A DNA stretch of 64,000 nt from Chloroflexi bacterium ADurb.Bin180 (GTDB taxonomy: Bacteria > Chloroflexota > Anaerolineae > UBA2200). Positions 1 to 8,769 of this stretch are shown one piece after another. Both the position numbers and the translations under genes were made by a program. The stretch spans positions 1,660 to 65,659 of the forward strand of contig MWCV01000007.1 in NCBI GenBank assembly GCA_002070215.1. Reading direction: 5' to 3'. The first letter of the stretch is position 1; each line of letters opens with the position of its first letter. The notes beneath the pieces are model-generated. The model was not told the origin of the DNA. It ran no database searches and was given only the letters and a program-made list of their open reading frames with translations.

Positions 1-111
1 GATTGCCAGAATGCAACCAAGCCGATGGTTCTGGATGTACTTGATCAGCATAGCGATGAAGGTGGTTTTGCCCACCCCGCCCTTGCCGGCTACGGCGATA
101 GTCATGGTCAT
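1..111 (-). CDS. cooC: CO dehydrogenase/ACS nickel-insertion ATPase CooC/AcsF, N-terminal fragment (continues beyond window start)
   Basis: Reverse complement of 1-111 reads MTMTIAVAGKGGVGKTTFIAMLIKYIQNHRLGCILAI with the deviant Walker A KGGVGKTT of the MinD/CooC family. ATG at 111 overlaps TGA of the upstream RACo gene (ATGA coupling). CODH/ACS context. Confidence 0.7.
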   Translation of the reverse strand, partial: MTMTIAVAGKGGVGKTTFIAMLIKYIQNHRLGCILAI

Positions 112-112
112 A

Positions 113-2095
113 TCAGGGTGCCTTTCCTGTGCTTTGCTTGTGTTCCAGCAGACGCATCACCGACGGAAAGACCATGGTATCGGTGTGAGGCAGGAACAGG
201 GCCGAAGTGAACTGCTCCATAAAACGGTTGTCGGCGGAGAGTTCGAGGTAGGTCATCTTGCGGGCAGCGTTCACCAACTCTTGCCTCATCTCCCGGCACA
301 GCAGGGCAGTGAAGGCCCCCAGCACCGAGGTGTTGCCCAGATAGCGGAATCTCTCCCAGGGCATGTCCGGCAGCAAGCCGATCTGGATCGCCTTCTCGAT
401 GTCGATGTGCTTGCCGAACCCTCCTCCGATGAGCACCTCCTCCACATCGGCCAGATCAATGCCCACGCTCGAGGTCAGCACAGAGAACCCGGCGTAGACT
501 GCTCCCTTGGCCCGGATGAGGTTGGCAATGTCCACTTCGGTCAATACGATGTCGCGCTGCCCCGTCGACGCGGTGCGGTCCGGCTGCCCTTCCGTTTCTT
601 TCGCCCAGGCCACCACATACTCCGGCCCGTGCTCCCCGAGGCGAACCCTGGGGGCCAGGGCGCGGTTGAGGTGGCCCGACTTGTCGACAACGCCAGTCAG
701 GAAGAGCTCGGCCAGCAGCGAGATCATGCCCGACCCGCAGATGCCCCTGGGCTTGACCTCACCGATCACGTGGTAGGTGGGCTCGTGGGTCGTGGCATTC
801 ACCCACACCTCGTCGATGGCGCCGACAGTGGCACGCATGCCACACTGGACACCGGCGCCCTCAAAAGCCGGGCCGGCGGAGCAGGCGCAGGAGATGAGCC
901 AATCCGAGTTGCCGAGCACCATCTCGCCGTTGGTGCCGACATCGATGAACAGGGTCAGCTTGTCCGTCTTGAACATGCCCGAGCTGAGCACGCCGGCGGT
1001 GATGTCCGCGCCGACATAGGCCCCCACGCCTGGCAGGCAATCGACAGTCGCTTCGGGGTTGATGGCGAGGCCCAGCTCCCTGGCCAGCACTGGCGGAGGA
1101 AAGTTGGCGGTGGGGATGTACGGTTCCAGGCGGATGAAGGCCGGGTCCAGACCGAGGAACAGGTGGATCATCGTCGGGTTGCCGGCCACGGTGGCGACGT
1201 AGATGTCGTTCAGGTCGAGCGAGTTGCGCTCGGCCAGTTGGCGCAGCAGACCATTGATGGTTTCCACCACCAGCCGCTGCAGATGCTCCAGCCCGCCTTC
1301 TTTGCGCGCATAGAGGATGCGCGAGATCACATCCTCACCGCAGGAAATCTGGCCATTGTACGTTGCCGCGCTGTCGATGAACTGACCGCTGGACAGGTCG
1401 GCCAGGTAGACCACATTGCTCGTGGTGCCAATATCGATGGCCACCCCGCAGGTGCGGCCGGTGCAGTCGCCGGCCCGCAGATCGACCAGTCTCGGCAGGG
1501 CGTCGTGGCCCGGCCGCTCCCAGGAACCCATCTCCAGAACGGCGGTTACCTGCCAGGGCTGGCCTTCCGCTGCCGATTGGCGCAGGGTCGCGGCCAGTCG
1601 GCGCAGCACGGGCAAGTTCGCCGTTAACTCGGAGAGGCCATGTTGCCGGGCCAGCTCCCGCTTGAGGCGTTCGAGGTCGGTGGTGTTGTCGGCGAGGCTG
1701 GGCGGTTCAATGGTGAGGGCGAACTGGCGCACCCAGGGCGTGCTCCTCCAGTCGCACTCCGCCGGCAACGTTGGCCTCTCGGCAGCGGTCTTGTCGCTCG
1801 GCAGGTGGCGCTCGATGGCCTCCTGAGGTGGCACGAACACCCGGATATCGCTGAGGACCGCCGTCTGGCAGGCCAGTACATAGCCCTCGGCCCGTTCCTC
1901 AGCAGACAAGCGGCCTTCGCCTTTGTGCTGGACCTGCCCGGCCTCCACCCTGACCTTGCAGCGCCCGCAGCGGCCCTGGCCGCCGCAGGGCAGGTTCATC
2001 TCTGTTCCGGCCTGTCGCACGGCCGAGCTGAGCAGCGTGCCTGCCGGGACAGCGACCTCCCGCCCGCCCGGATTCACAATCACGTGATGGGTCAT
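113..2095 (-). CDS. Reductive activator of corrinoid iron-sulfur protein (RACo): N-terminal 2Fe-2S ferredoxin plus ASKHA ATPase
   Basis: MTHHVIVNPGG...LPCGGQGRCGRCKV plant-type ferredoxin motif then a long ASKHA-like domain. ATG at 2095 overlaps TGA of the PAP2 gene (ATGA). Alternative upstream start at 2158 is possible. Sits beside acsC/acsD. Confidence 0.75.
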   Translation of the reverse strand: MTHHVIVNPGGREVAVPAGTLLSSAVRQAGTEMNLPCGGQGRCGRCKVRVEAGQVQHKGEGRLSAEERAEGYVLACQTAVLSDIRVFVPPQEAIERHLPSDKTAAERPTLPAECDWRSTPWVRQFALTIEPPSLADNTTDLERLKRELARQHGLSELTANLPVLRRLAATLRQSAAEGQPWQVTAVLEMGSWERPGHDALPRLVDLRAGDCTGRTCGVAIDIGTTSNVVYLADLSSGQFIDSAATYNGQISCGEDVISRILYARKEGGLEHLQRLVVETINGLLRQLAERNSLDLNDIYVATVAGNPTMIHLFLGLDPAFIRLEPYIPTANFPPPVLARELGLAINPEATVDCLPGVGAYVGADITAGVLSSGMFKTDKLTLFIDVGTNGEMVLGNSDWLISCACSAGPAFEGAGVQCGMRATVGAIDEVWVNATTHEPTYHVIGEVKPRGICGSGMISLLAELFLTGVVDKSGHLNRALAPRVRLGEHGPEYVVAWAKETEGQPDRTASTGQRDIVLTEVDIANLIRAKGAVYAGFSVLTSSVGIDLADVEEVLIGGGFGKHIDIEKAIQIGLLPDMPWERFRYLGNTSVLGAFTALLCREMRQELVNAARKMTYLELSADNRFMEQFTSALFLPHTDTMVFPSVMRLLEHKQSTGKAP

Positions 2096-2670
2096 GCCAG
2101 CACCAGCCGTCGCAGCCAGCGGAGCAACGGTGCCCACAGCCGGTCTGGCCACCGCCACTGGCGCTGGACAAGCCAGGCGGAGGCGCTGCCGATGATCAGC
2201 CCGCCAAGGATGTCGGTGGGGTAGTGGACGCCGCCCACAACGCGGCTAACGCTGAACAGGCAGGCAATGAGCAAAAGCACCAGTCCTGTTCGGCGGTTGA
2301 AAAGCAGGACCGAAGCGGCGATGCAAAAGCCCACTGTCGCGGCGTTGCTGGGGAAGGACGAGTCCGACGGATGGTAGAACAGCAGTGTCACGTCGTGGTG
2401 GGTAAAGGGCCGCCAGCGCCAGTAGAGCAGGTTGATGACCTTTACCACCAGGTTCGCCATCGCCAGGGCCATCACCGTGGAGAGCACTCCCTTCTGATTG
2501 CGCTCGCGCTCCGACTCGCTATTCCCGCTGAACCACAAACCAAAAGGCAGCAACACCAGCATGGTGGTGGCCCAGTAGTCGTTCATCACAAAGCGGACCA
2601 GGGTATCCAGCAGGTGCGACCTGCCGGCCAGCCCGTTGGCCATTCGAAACAGAGTCCAGTCCCAACCCAT
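2092..2670 (-). CDS. PAP2 family membrane phosphatase (undecaprenyl-diphosphatase-like)
   Basis: Polytopic membrane ORF with the SRVVGGVHYPTDILGG (SRx5Hx3D) PAP2 motif 3 and a degenerate PSGH region. Confidence 0.7.
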   Translation of the reverse strand: MGWDWTLFRMANGLAGRSHLLDTLVRFVMNDYWATTMLVLLPFGLWFSGNSESERERNQKGVLSTVMALAMANLVVKVINLLYWRWRPFTHHDVTLLFYHPSDSSFPSNAATVGFCIAASVLLFNRRTGLVLLLIACLFSVSRVVGGVHYPTDILGGLIIGSASAWLVQRQWRWPDRLWAPLLRWLRRLVLA

Positions 2671-2673
2671 AAT

Positions 2674-3777
2674 CTAGAGATGCTCCTTAAGCCAGTCGTT
2701 GATAATGGACATCACCGCCGGGTGACCGGCGAGATAGCGATGGCCGAGGCCGGCCACGGTGCGCAGCTCGAGGCCATCGCCAGAGGCAAGAGCGGTCCGG
2801 TCGGCCAGGCGGTCCTCGCTACCATAGATCACCAGTGCTGGTTTGGGTGGCACCTTGGCGGCATAGATGCCCGCGTCGAGCCACTTGACCAGCTCTGCTC
2901 TGACAGTGTCCCGCGCCCAGCGGATCGCCTGAGGAAAGGTCAACTCGTGCAGCAGGCCGAGGCCCACGGGCGGTTCATGCAGAATCGGCGCCACGGCCAC
3001 CATCGCGCGCACGTCCTTTGCGGTGCTGGCGGAACGGATGGCGAGGTCTCCGCCTGCGCCTTCGCCCAGAACAGCGATCCTGTTCGGATCCACCTCCGGC
3101 CTCCTGGCCAGCACCGACACGGCCGCCGGCAGGATGGCCAGGGCCGCCGGAAAGGTATAGACGTTGTCGTCGGGATGAATCAGCAGCGAGACTCGCCCCT
3201 CCTGCGCGAGCCGGCGACCGAGCACGGCCAGGACCACTTCGCTCTCCCTGTCAGCGGGCAGGAGGCAGAGGGCAGGGAGCGGCGCCTGGCTGTGAGCAGC
3301 GTCAGTCTGCTCTTCAGGCACAGGTTCGATCCAGCGTCCCTGGGCGTGACCCACCGGGATGAGTGGGCCGAGCTCGGCAAGCACCTTCTGCTTGACCGGT
3401 GGGTGGCGCAGGTTGCCGAGGAGTGCTGACCCGGCCAGAGTCAAGATCAGGGCAGCAATACCGCTGGCCCCAAACAACACCGCCAGCTCGCTGCCGGCGG
3501 GCCCCGGCGCAAAGATGGGCCCCCACTGCCAGAGAAAGAAGAATGCCGTGCCTCCCAGCACGAGGACCAGACCGAGCGGATATCCACGTCGGCGGTGCTG
3601 CCGTAGGTCAAACAGCGCCAGGCCGGCCAGGTGATAACGAGCAGCCACCCACTGTAGCGCTCCTACAGCGGAGAAAAAGGCAAAGAGCCAGTAGCCGATA
3701 GCCAGTTCAGCAGACACAAAGTACAACGGTCCGATCTTGTCCCCCCAGATTGATATCTGCTCCACGTCCGTCGACAC
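2674..3777 (-). CDS. Membrane-anchored alpha/beta-hydrolase fold protein
   Basis: N-terminal TM helices then a hydrolase-like core (VIYGSEDRLADRTA, GHRYLAGHP). The nucleophile elbow reads GEGAG rather than GxSxG, so it may be non-canonical or inactive. Confidence 0.5.
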   Translation of the reverse strand: MSTDVEQISIWGDKIGPLYFVSAELAIGYWLFAFFSAVGALQWVAARYHLAGLALFDLRQHRRRGYPLGLVLVLGGTAFFFLWQWGPIFAPGPAGSELAVLFGASGIAALILTLAGSALLGNLRHPPVKQKVLAELGPLIPVGHAQGRWIEPVPEEQTDAAHSQAPLPALCLLPADRESEVVLAVLGRRLAQEGRVSLLIHPDDNVYTFPAALAILPAAVSVLARRPEVDPNRIAVLGEGAGGDLAIRSASTAKDVRAMVAVAPILHEPPVGLGLLHELTFPQAIRWARDTVRAELVKWLDAGIYAAKVPPKPALVIYGSEDRLADRTALASGDGLELRTVAGLGHRYLAGHPAVMSIINDWLKEHL

Positions 3778-3855
3778 GCATCGCCTCCGGCGGAATGATA
3801 CGTGGCCGGAGGCGAGGCGCGTTCGGTAGTCAGTAGCGCGTGCGCAACCCGAGGC

Positions 3856-5223
3856 CTAGCTCCAGGTCTTGAGATAGGCCGGGATGTCAATTGCCTCGCG
3901 AGGCCCCACTCGAATCTCCCAACCCGGGAGTTCCTCTTCGAGTTCGCCAGAGAGGCCAGCCACCAGTCCGGGAAGGACCAGCTTTTTGTGGCTGACCTTG
4001 CCCGGAACGCCAAACTGGTTGACCGACTTGGCGATCTTGGCCGCATCGAACTTGCCGGCGGCCCAGCCGGTCAAGACCGACATGCCTTCCGAGTCGACGA
4101 TGAGCAGCCAGGTCGGCTTGCCGCTGCCTTCCACTTCGCCGGCCACGCTAAAGTAGGTCAGCGAGAAATTGGTCGTCACAAGCAGAGGCGACTCGGGCTT
4201 GGGGCCAGAGATCTCGTACAGCCCCGGGCTGACCTGGATTGGCTTCTGCGGATCGGTGTAGATGTTCTGGCTCAGCGTGAGCAGTGGATACACGTTGGCT
4301 GGTTCAAAGTGGTCCAGCACGATGATCCCGGCGTACTTGGCGATGTGCTCTGCCGCCCGCGTGACCTCCTCGTCGACGGAGGACGCGTTCTCGCCGGGAA
4401 AGGTCACGATGGGATAGCCCAAGGACCTCATTCCGCTCTTGAGGGCCAGCCGGCGCAACTGAGTCAGCGCAATCAGCGTGCCGTGCGAGGTACGCACTCC
4501 GGGATCGAGCACCATATCCTCGACGCCGGCAGCCTTGATCTGCTCGGTCAGCCCGGCGAGAGCACCCAGGTCACCCTGGCCGCTGGGGTCGCTTCGCTGA
4601 CCGCGTACAGCCAGAGGGGCCTTGTGCTTGGCGGCCAGGGCGGCCATTTCCTTCCAGTTCTCGGCCGTAGCGGCATAGATGAGAGGAGACACACCCGCCG
4701 CTTGCTCGAGGCCCGCTTCCATAGCCTGAGGGGTGGCAGCGATGAGCATCAAGGGCAGGTCCGTCTTGGCCTTGACCGCGGCCACTCTGGCCGCAAACGC
4801 CGCCGCATCGCCCGAGGCATTCTCGATGGCCACACCATGCACGCGCAGCTTGATTCCGACTCGTTCAACACTAAAAGAGGTAATCTGGTTGAGCAGGGCA
4901 TCGGCTTCCGCCTGCGGCAGCGTGTCCTTGATGCGCACGAACAGCCCCGGTGGGTGGAAGAAGGTCTTTTCGTGACGGAAGAGAACGGTTTCATTGCCGA
5001 CTTCCACCTTCGACTCGCCTGTACCCACGGTGACCAGCCGGATGGGTGGGGCACTGGCCGCCGCGAGTGCGGCCTTGGACTGCTCCGAAACATAGGGGCA
5101 GGCCGACAGCTCGGCCTGCTTCTGGGCCAGCTTCATGGCAAAGGCCAGACAGGTCGGCTGGCCGCATTCCTTGCAGTTGGTCTTGGGCAAAAGCTTGTAG
5201 ATGTCTAGGCCGCTCAGTCCCAT
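3856..5223 (-). CDS. acsC: Corrinoid iron-sulfur protein large subunit (acetyl-CoA decarbonylase/synthase gamma)
   Basis: N-terminal KTNCKECGQPTCLAFAMKLA 4Fe-4S motif typical of CFeSP large subunit, ~455 aa, followed by acsD. Confidence 0.9.
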   Translation of the reverse strand: MGLSGLDIYKLLPKTNCKECGQPTCLAFAMKLAQKQAELSACPYVSEQSKAALAAASAPPIRLVTVGTGESKVEVGNETVLFRHEKTFFHPPGLFVRIKDTLPQAEADALLNQITSFSVERVGIKLRVHGVAIENASGDAAAFAARVAAVKAKTDLPLMLIAATPQAMEAGLEQAAGVSPLIYAATAENWKEMAALAAKHKAPLAVRGQRSDPSGQGDLGALAGLTEQIKAAGVEDMVLDPGVRTSHGTLIALTQLRRLALKSGMRSLGYPIVTFPGENASSVDEEVTRAAEHIAKYAGIIVLDHFEPANVYPLLTLSQNIYTDPQKPIQVSPGLYEISGPKPESPLLVTTNFSLTYFSVAGEVEGSGKPTWLLIVDSEGMSVLTGWAAGKFDAAKIAKSVNQFGVPGKVSHKKLVLPGLVAGLSGELEEELPGWEIRVGPREAIDIPAYLKTWS

Positions 5224-5241
5224 GGTGTTCTCTCCTTTGCC

Positions 5242-6210
5242 CTAGTCTGCCATCAGACCGGCGATGGTCTGCTTGATGCGCGCGACGCTGTCGGGGTGGC
5301 GCAGCACCACGATGTTGGCGCCCGCCAGGAGCAGGCTGCTTGCGGTGAGGACCTCCCAGTGAATGGCGCGCTTTATCCAGTCGCCCCAGGCCGCGGGCAC
5401 TCCCTGATTGACCTTGCTTTCCTTGGCTCGCCAGGTCTCTTCACCCACGGTGCAGATCATTGGCTGCTGCACCATACCGTCACCGGTGAGCGCGGCCAGA
5501 CGCAGTCGCTCCATCACCGAGTAAGAGTACTCCAGGCCATAGCCCAGAGCACCGGTGGTGGGGTCCATCAGCACACGGTCAAGGTCGAGTCTCATATCCG
5601 TGATCAGAATGTTGAGCTGCTTGGCCAGGTTTACGTCGATGGGCGTCTTGGCCACAACCAGATGGCCGTGAGCCAGAGCGGCAGCGACAACGGTGCGATA
5701 GTTCTTGTCCTCGCAGTTGCCCAGGACCAGGCGTTCGCCCTTGGCCGCCTCGGCCACTGCCACCAGCACTTCATTGTCCTTGTCGGCCTGGCCGGGGCCA
5801 AGGACCACCAGCGGCAGCCCCGTGGCCGCCAGCACTGCCTTGACGGTGGCCGCGGCATGGGCGGCGTCGGTGTTGTCTCCTTCGGGGTGAGCGCTGATCA
5901 GTTTGAACACAATGAGGTCGGCTCCGACCGCTTCGGCCTTCTTGGCCCAGGCGGCCGGGTCGTGCAGCACGTCGCCCCAGGATTCTTTGAGCAGCGGTGA
6001 CCATTCGTTGGGGTAGTGGTCCTGAACCTCCAGCGCGACGACAGGGGCATGGGGCATGGTGCCTTCAAAGCTCAGAAACGGGAGGGTGTTCTCGCCGCCG
6101 ACGGTCACGGTCCTGGTGCGAGTTCCCCCCTCGGCTGCGGTAGCACCGAGGGTGATCTCGCGGATCTTGCCCGTCCATTTCTCGATAGGTACTTGAACCG
6201 CTGGGGTCAT
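5242..6210 (-). CDS. acsD: Corrinoid iron-sulfur protein small subunit (acetyl-CoA decarbonylase/synthase delta)
   Basis: TIM-barrel CdhD-like sequence starting MTPAVQVPIEKWTGKIREITLG. Internal ATG at 6210 is preceded by AAGGAG 10 nt upstream; the longer ORF to 6405 has no RBS. Confidence 0.85.
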   Translation of the reverse strand: MTPAVQVPIEKWTGKIREITLGATAAEGGTRTRTVTVGGENTLPFLSFEGTMPHAPVVALEVQDHYPNEWSPLLKESWGDVLHDPAAWAKKAEAVGADLIVFKLISAHPEGDNTDAAHAAATVKAVLAATGLPLVVLGPGQADKDNEVLVAVAEAAKGERLVLGNCEDKNYRTVVAAALAHGHLVVAKTPIDVNLAKQLNILITDMRLDLDRVLMDPTTGALGYGLEYSYSVMERLRLAALTGDGMVQQPMICTVGEETWRAKESKVNQGVPAAWGDWIKRAIHWEVLTASSLLLAGANIVVLRHPDSVARIKQTIAGLMAD

Positions 6211-6423
6211 GATCAGGCGTCTCCTTTCCGATTCCCGGTTCATTATACCACGTTGCGCGGCGCCGGCCGATGTGTCCGGGCACGAGTTGGCGCCGCTGTG
6301 GTTGGTGTGTGCGCGATGCAGGGTCCTCGTGCTGCCTGCCCGCGCCTGGTCTTGCCGGCAAAACGCGGCAAGCTGCGGGCAGGCGGCACGAGAGCGCCAC
6401 CCCATCGGCGCGGGGCGGTGCTG

Positions 6424-8706
6424 CTAGAACAAGGGCGGCAGGGTGAGGGCCGGGTGCCCCTTTTCCTCAAGGAAGGGCAGGAGCTGCTCCACCGAGGTGG
6501 CGACTCGCTCATCGGCAATCTTGTCGATCAGCGCCGCGTCGCCCTCGCGCTCCGCCACAGCCTTGAACTCTTCCTTCATGCTTTCCTTCAGGAAGGAGGA
6601 CATCCACACGACACGCTTAAAGCCGCCGTCAGATGACAGGAACTTGCGGCTGGTCAGATAGTACTTGCCGTGGCCCATTACGCCGGCGGTCTGTAGCCCA
6701 CCACCGGCCACGCCGGCGAGGGTGGAGAAGGTCATGCCGGCCGGTGTCATACTGGGATCCTCACGCGAGACAACCATAACTCCGTTGGCCTCGGGAATGA
6801 CCATTGCGATGCACTCAAAGCACCCGCAGGCAGTCATTGGGTTGTTCATGATGGAGTACATCGATACTTCCTGAACGGTCTGGTGTGAGGCCTGGCGCAC
6901 AAAGGCGTTGACCCCTTCAAACACCCCAAAGTTGGCGTCGATGCAGGCGCCCTTCTTGATCGGCTGATTGGGTCCGGTAGGGTTGATGTGGTTGGACGCT
7001 TTGCAGTCCAGCCAGTTGTAAGCGCCGCACAGGCCGAGCCGCTCGGGCGAGATCACGCAGACGTGATTGGGGGCAAAGCTCTGACACAGCGTGCAGCTAA
7101 AGAACTCGTCCACCGACTCATCGGTCATTCCAGCCAGGCGTTCATTGCGGAGATGGTAGGCCTGACGGGCCTTGGCCAACCACTCTTCCATCTTGGCCTT
7201 GTCCGTAAAGATGGTCACCTGCACCTTGTCCACGATGGCCCCAAAGTCGGCATGGAAGCGCGCATAAAGGATCTTGCCAAAGTGCTCCAGCTTGAAGCCT
7301 TTCTCGGCCGCCGCCTTGCTGACCCGGATCCAGGTGATGTCGCGCTGGCCGATGTGCTGGATGCCTGAAGCACCGTTGACAAAGTAGTGAATCTGCCTCT
7401 CCAGTACCGGCTCAAAGTCCTCCTGCATCTTGTGCCCGGCCACCTCAACCACGATGCCCATATCCATCGAGCCCTCTGCCGGCACGCTGTCGAACTCTGG
7501 TCCGACCACCGTGATCTTGCCGTCCTCCACCGACTCGAAGGGGGACATCTTGAGGTATTCAAAGCAGCGGCTGTTCTTGCCGCCGAACTCGACACGCATG
7601 TCGGCCTTGCGCACCCTTTCGCCTTCAAAGGCCGAACCGTAGGGCACCGGGATCGGCACCTCGGTGACCTTGATCTTGACTCCGCGGACCTCGATGGCGC
7701 GCTGTACCAGCTTTCGCGCGCGCTCGATGTCGTCCTTGCCCTCGATGTCATCAAAGGGCATGCTGATGACGTGCTCGTAGGGGGTGATGCCCGTGGGCAG
7801 GATTTGCGGGATGACCGTATCGGCGATGACGGGGAAGCCATAGTTGATCGCTCCGGCTGCCGTGGCATACTTCAGGTCGTCGACCTCGCCGAGAGCGATG
7901 GCAAAGGCAAACACGCGGGCCCGGTTGTACTGCAGTATCTCGCGCGGCATTCCTGGCTTCAGGCCGCCAAAGGTGAGTGCGCTGCGAGCGGCAAAACCGA
8001 GGGGATAGATGGTGGCGAGGGTGTCAGTGCCAAAGGGGATGATATAGGTGTCGTAACCCATCTCCACCCCGGCCTCCATCAACTGGTGAATGATGCTCCG
8101 CCCGTTGACGCTGCCGCTGAGGAACACCAGAATGCTGCGCTGCTGCAGTTCGCGCACCAACTGCACCGCCACTTCGGTGCTCTTGGCGCAGCCCAGCAGA
8201 GCGGCAAAGCCCGGCATGCGGCCGTCCACCAGTTGGATGCCCCAGGCCCGGAGCTGGATATCATCGATGGGGCCGTTCAGCCTCTTGCCGGCTTTTGCCA
8301 GCGGGTCGTTGCTGACAAAGTTGGCGGTGGGCACGTAGGTCCCGTCCCAGGTGATCTGCTGGGGTTCCACCCCGCGGGCGAAGCGAATGCCTTCGATGAT
8401 CTCCTCCGCCAGCAGTGTGGCCATACCGCAGTCCAGCGTCTCGCCAAGGTAAGGCACCCACATATTCTCCGGCGGAATGGGGTGCAGCAGACGCTTGGCG
8501 TCTTCCAGAGCCGGCACCATATCGGCCAGTTTCGCAATCTGGCGGCCCATAAAGGCCAGGTTGACCGGCAGGAAGTAGGCCGTGTTGGTGAACGCGACCG
8601 GGGTGTCAGGGCCCAGCTCGGCGATGGCCGCCTTGAGCATCGATTCGGCCTCGGCGACGACGGTATTGGCACCACGGATGGCTCGGGTTGCGATGAACCT
8701 CGACAT
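6424..8706 (-). CDS. acsB: Acetyl-CoA synthase (CODH/ACS beta subunit)
   Basis: ~760 aa with the A-cluster CGCFEC motif and the Cys cluster FSCTLCQSF...CVISPERLGLCG. Start MSRFIAT at 8706 is preceded by AAGGAG. Confidence 0.92.
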   Translation of the reverse strand: MSRFIATRAIRGANTVVAEAESMLKAAIAELGPDTPVAFTNTAYFLPVNLAFMGRQIAKLADMVPALEDAKRLLHPIPPENMWVPYLGETLDCGMATLLAEEIIEGIRFARGVEPQQITWDGTYVPTANFVSNDPLAKAGKRLNGPIDDIQLRAWGIQLVDGRMPGFAALLGCAKSTEVAVQLVRELQQRSILVFLSGSVNGRSIIHQLMEAGVEMGYDTYIIPFGTDTLATIYPLGFAARSALTFGGLKPGMPREILQYNRARVFAFAIALGEVDDLKYATAAGAINYGFPVIADTVIPQILPTGITPYEHVISMPFDDIEGKDDIERARKLVQRAIEVRGVKIKVTEVPIPVPYGSAFEGERVRKADMRVEFGGKNSRCFEYLKMSPFESVEDGKITVVGPEFDSVPAEGSMDMGIVVEVAGHKMQEDFEPVLERQIHYFVNGASGIQHIGQRDITWIRVSKAAAEKGFKLEHFGKILYARFHADFGAIVDKVQVTIFTDKAKMEEWLAKARQAYHLRNERLAGMTDESVDEFFSCTLCQSFAPNHVCVISPERLGLCGAYNWLDCKASNHINPTGPNQPIKKGACIDANFGVFEGVNAFVRQASHQTVQEVSMYSIMNNPMTACGCFECIAMVIPEANGVMVVSREDPSMTPAGMTFSTLAGVAGGGLQTAGVMGHGKYYLTSRKFLSSDGGFKRVVWMSSFLKESMKEEFKAVAEREGDAALIDKIADERVATSVEQLLPFLEEKGHPALTLPPLF

Positions 8707-8769
8707 AGTCTGTTTCTCCTTTGTCCGCACCGTCTTGGTGCGGCACGAGATATCGCAATGGTGCCCGGG

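Noticed and set aside
11-1627. 538-aa plus-strand ORF at the window start
   Set aside because: It is entirely antisense to the well-supported RACo gene (ferredoxin plus ASKHA motifs) and cooC fragment. It has an Arg/Gly/Ala-rich composition typical of GC-driven shadow ORFs and no RBS.
2674-3777. The alpha/beta hydrolase as the missing AcsE methyltransferase
   Set aside because: AcsE is a ~260-aa pterin-binding TIM barrel. This ORF has TM helices plus an alpha/beta hydrolase core, so acsE appears genuinely absent from the window.
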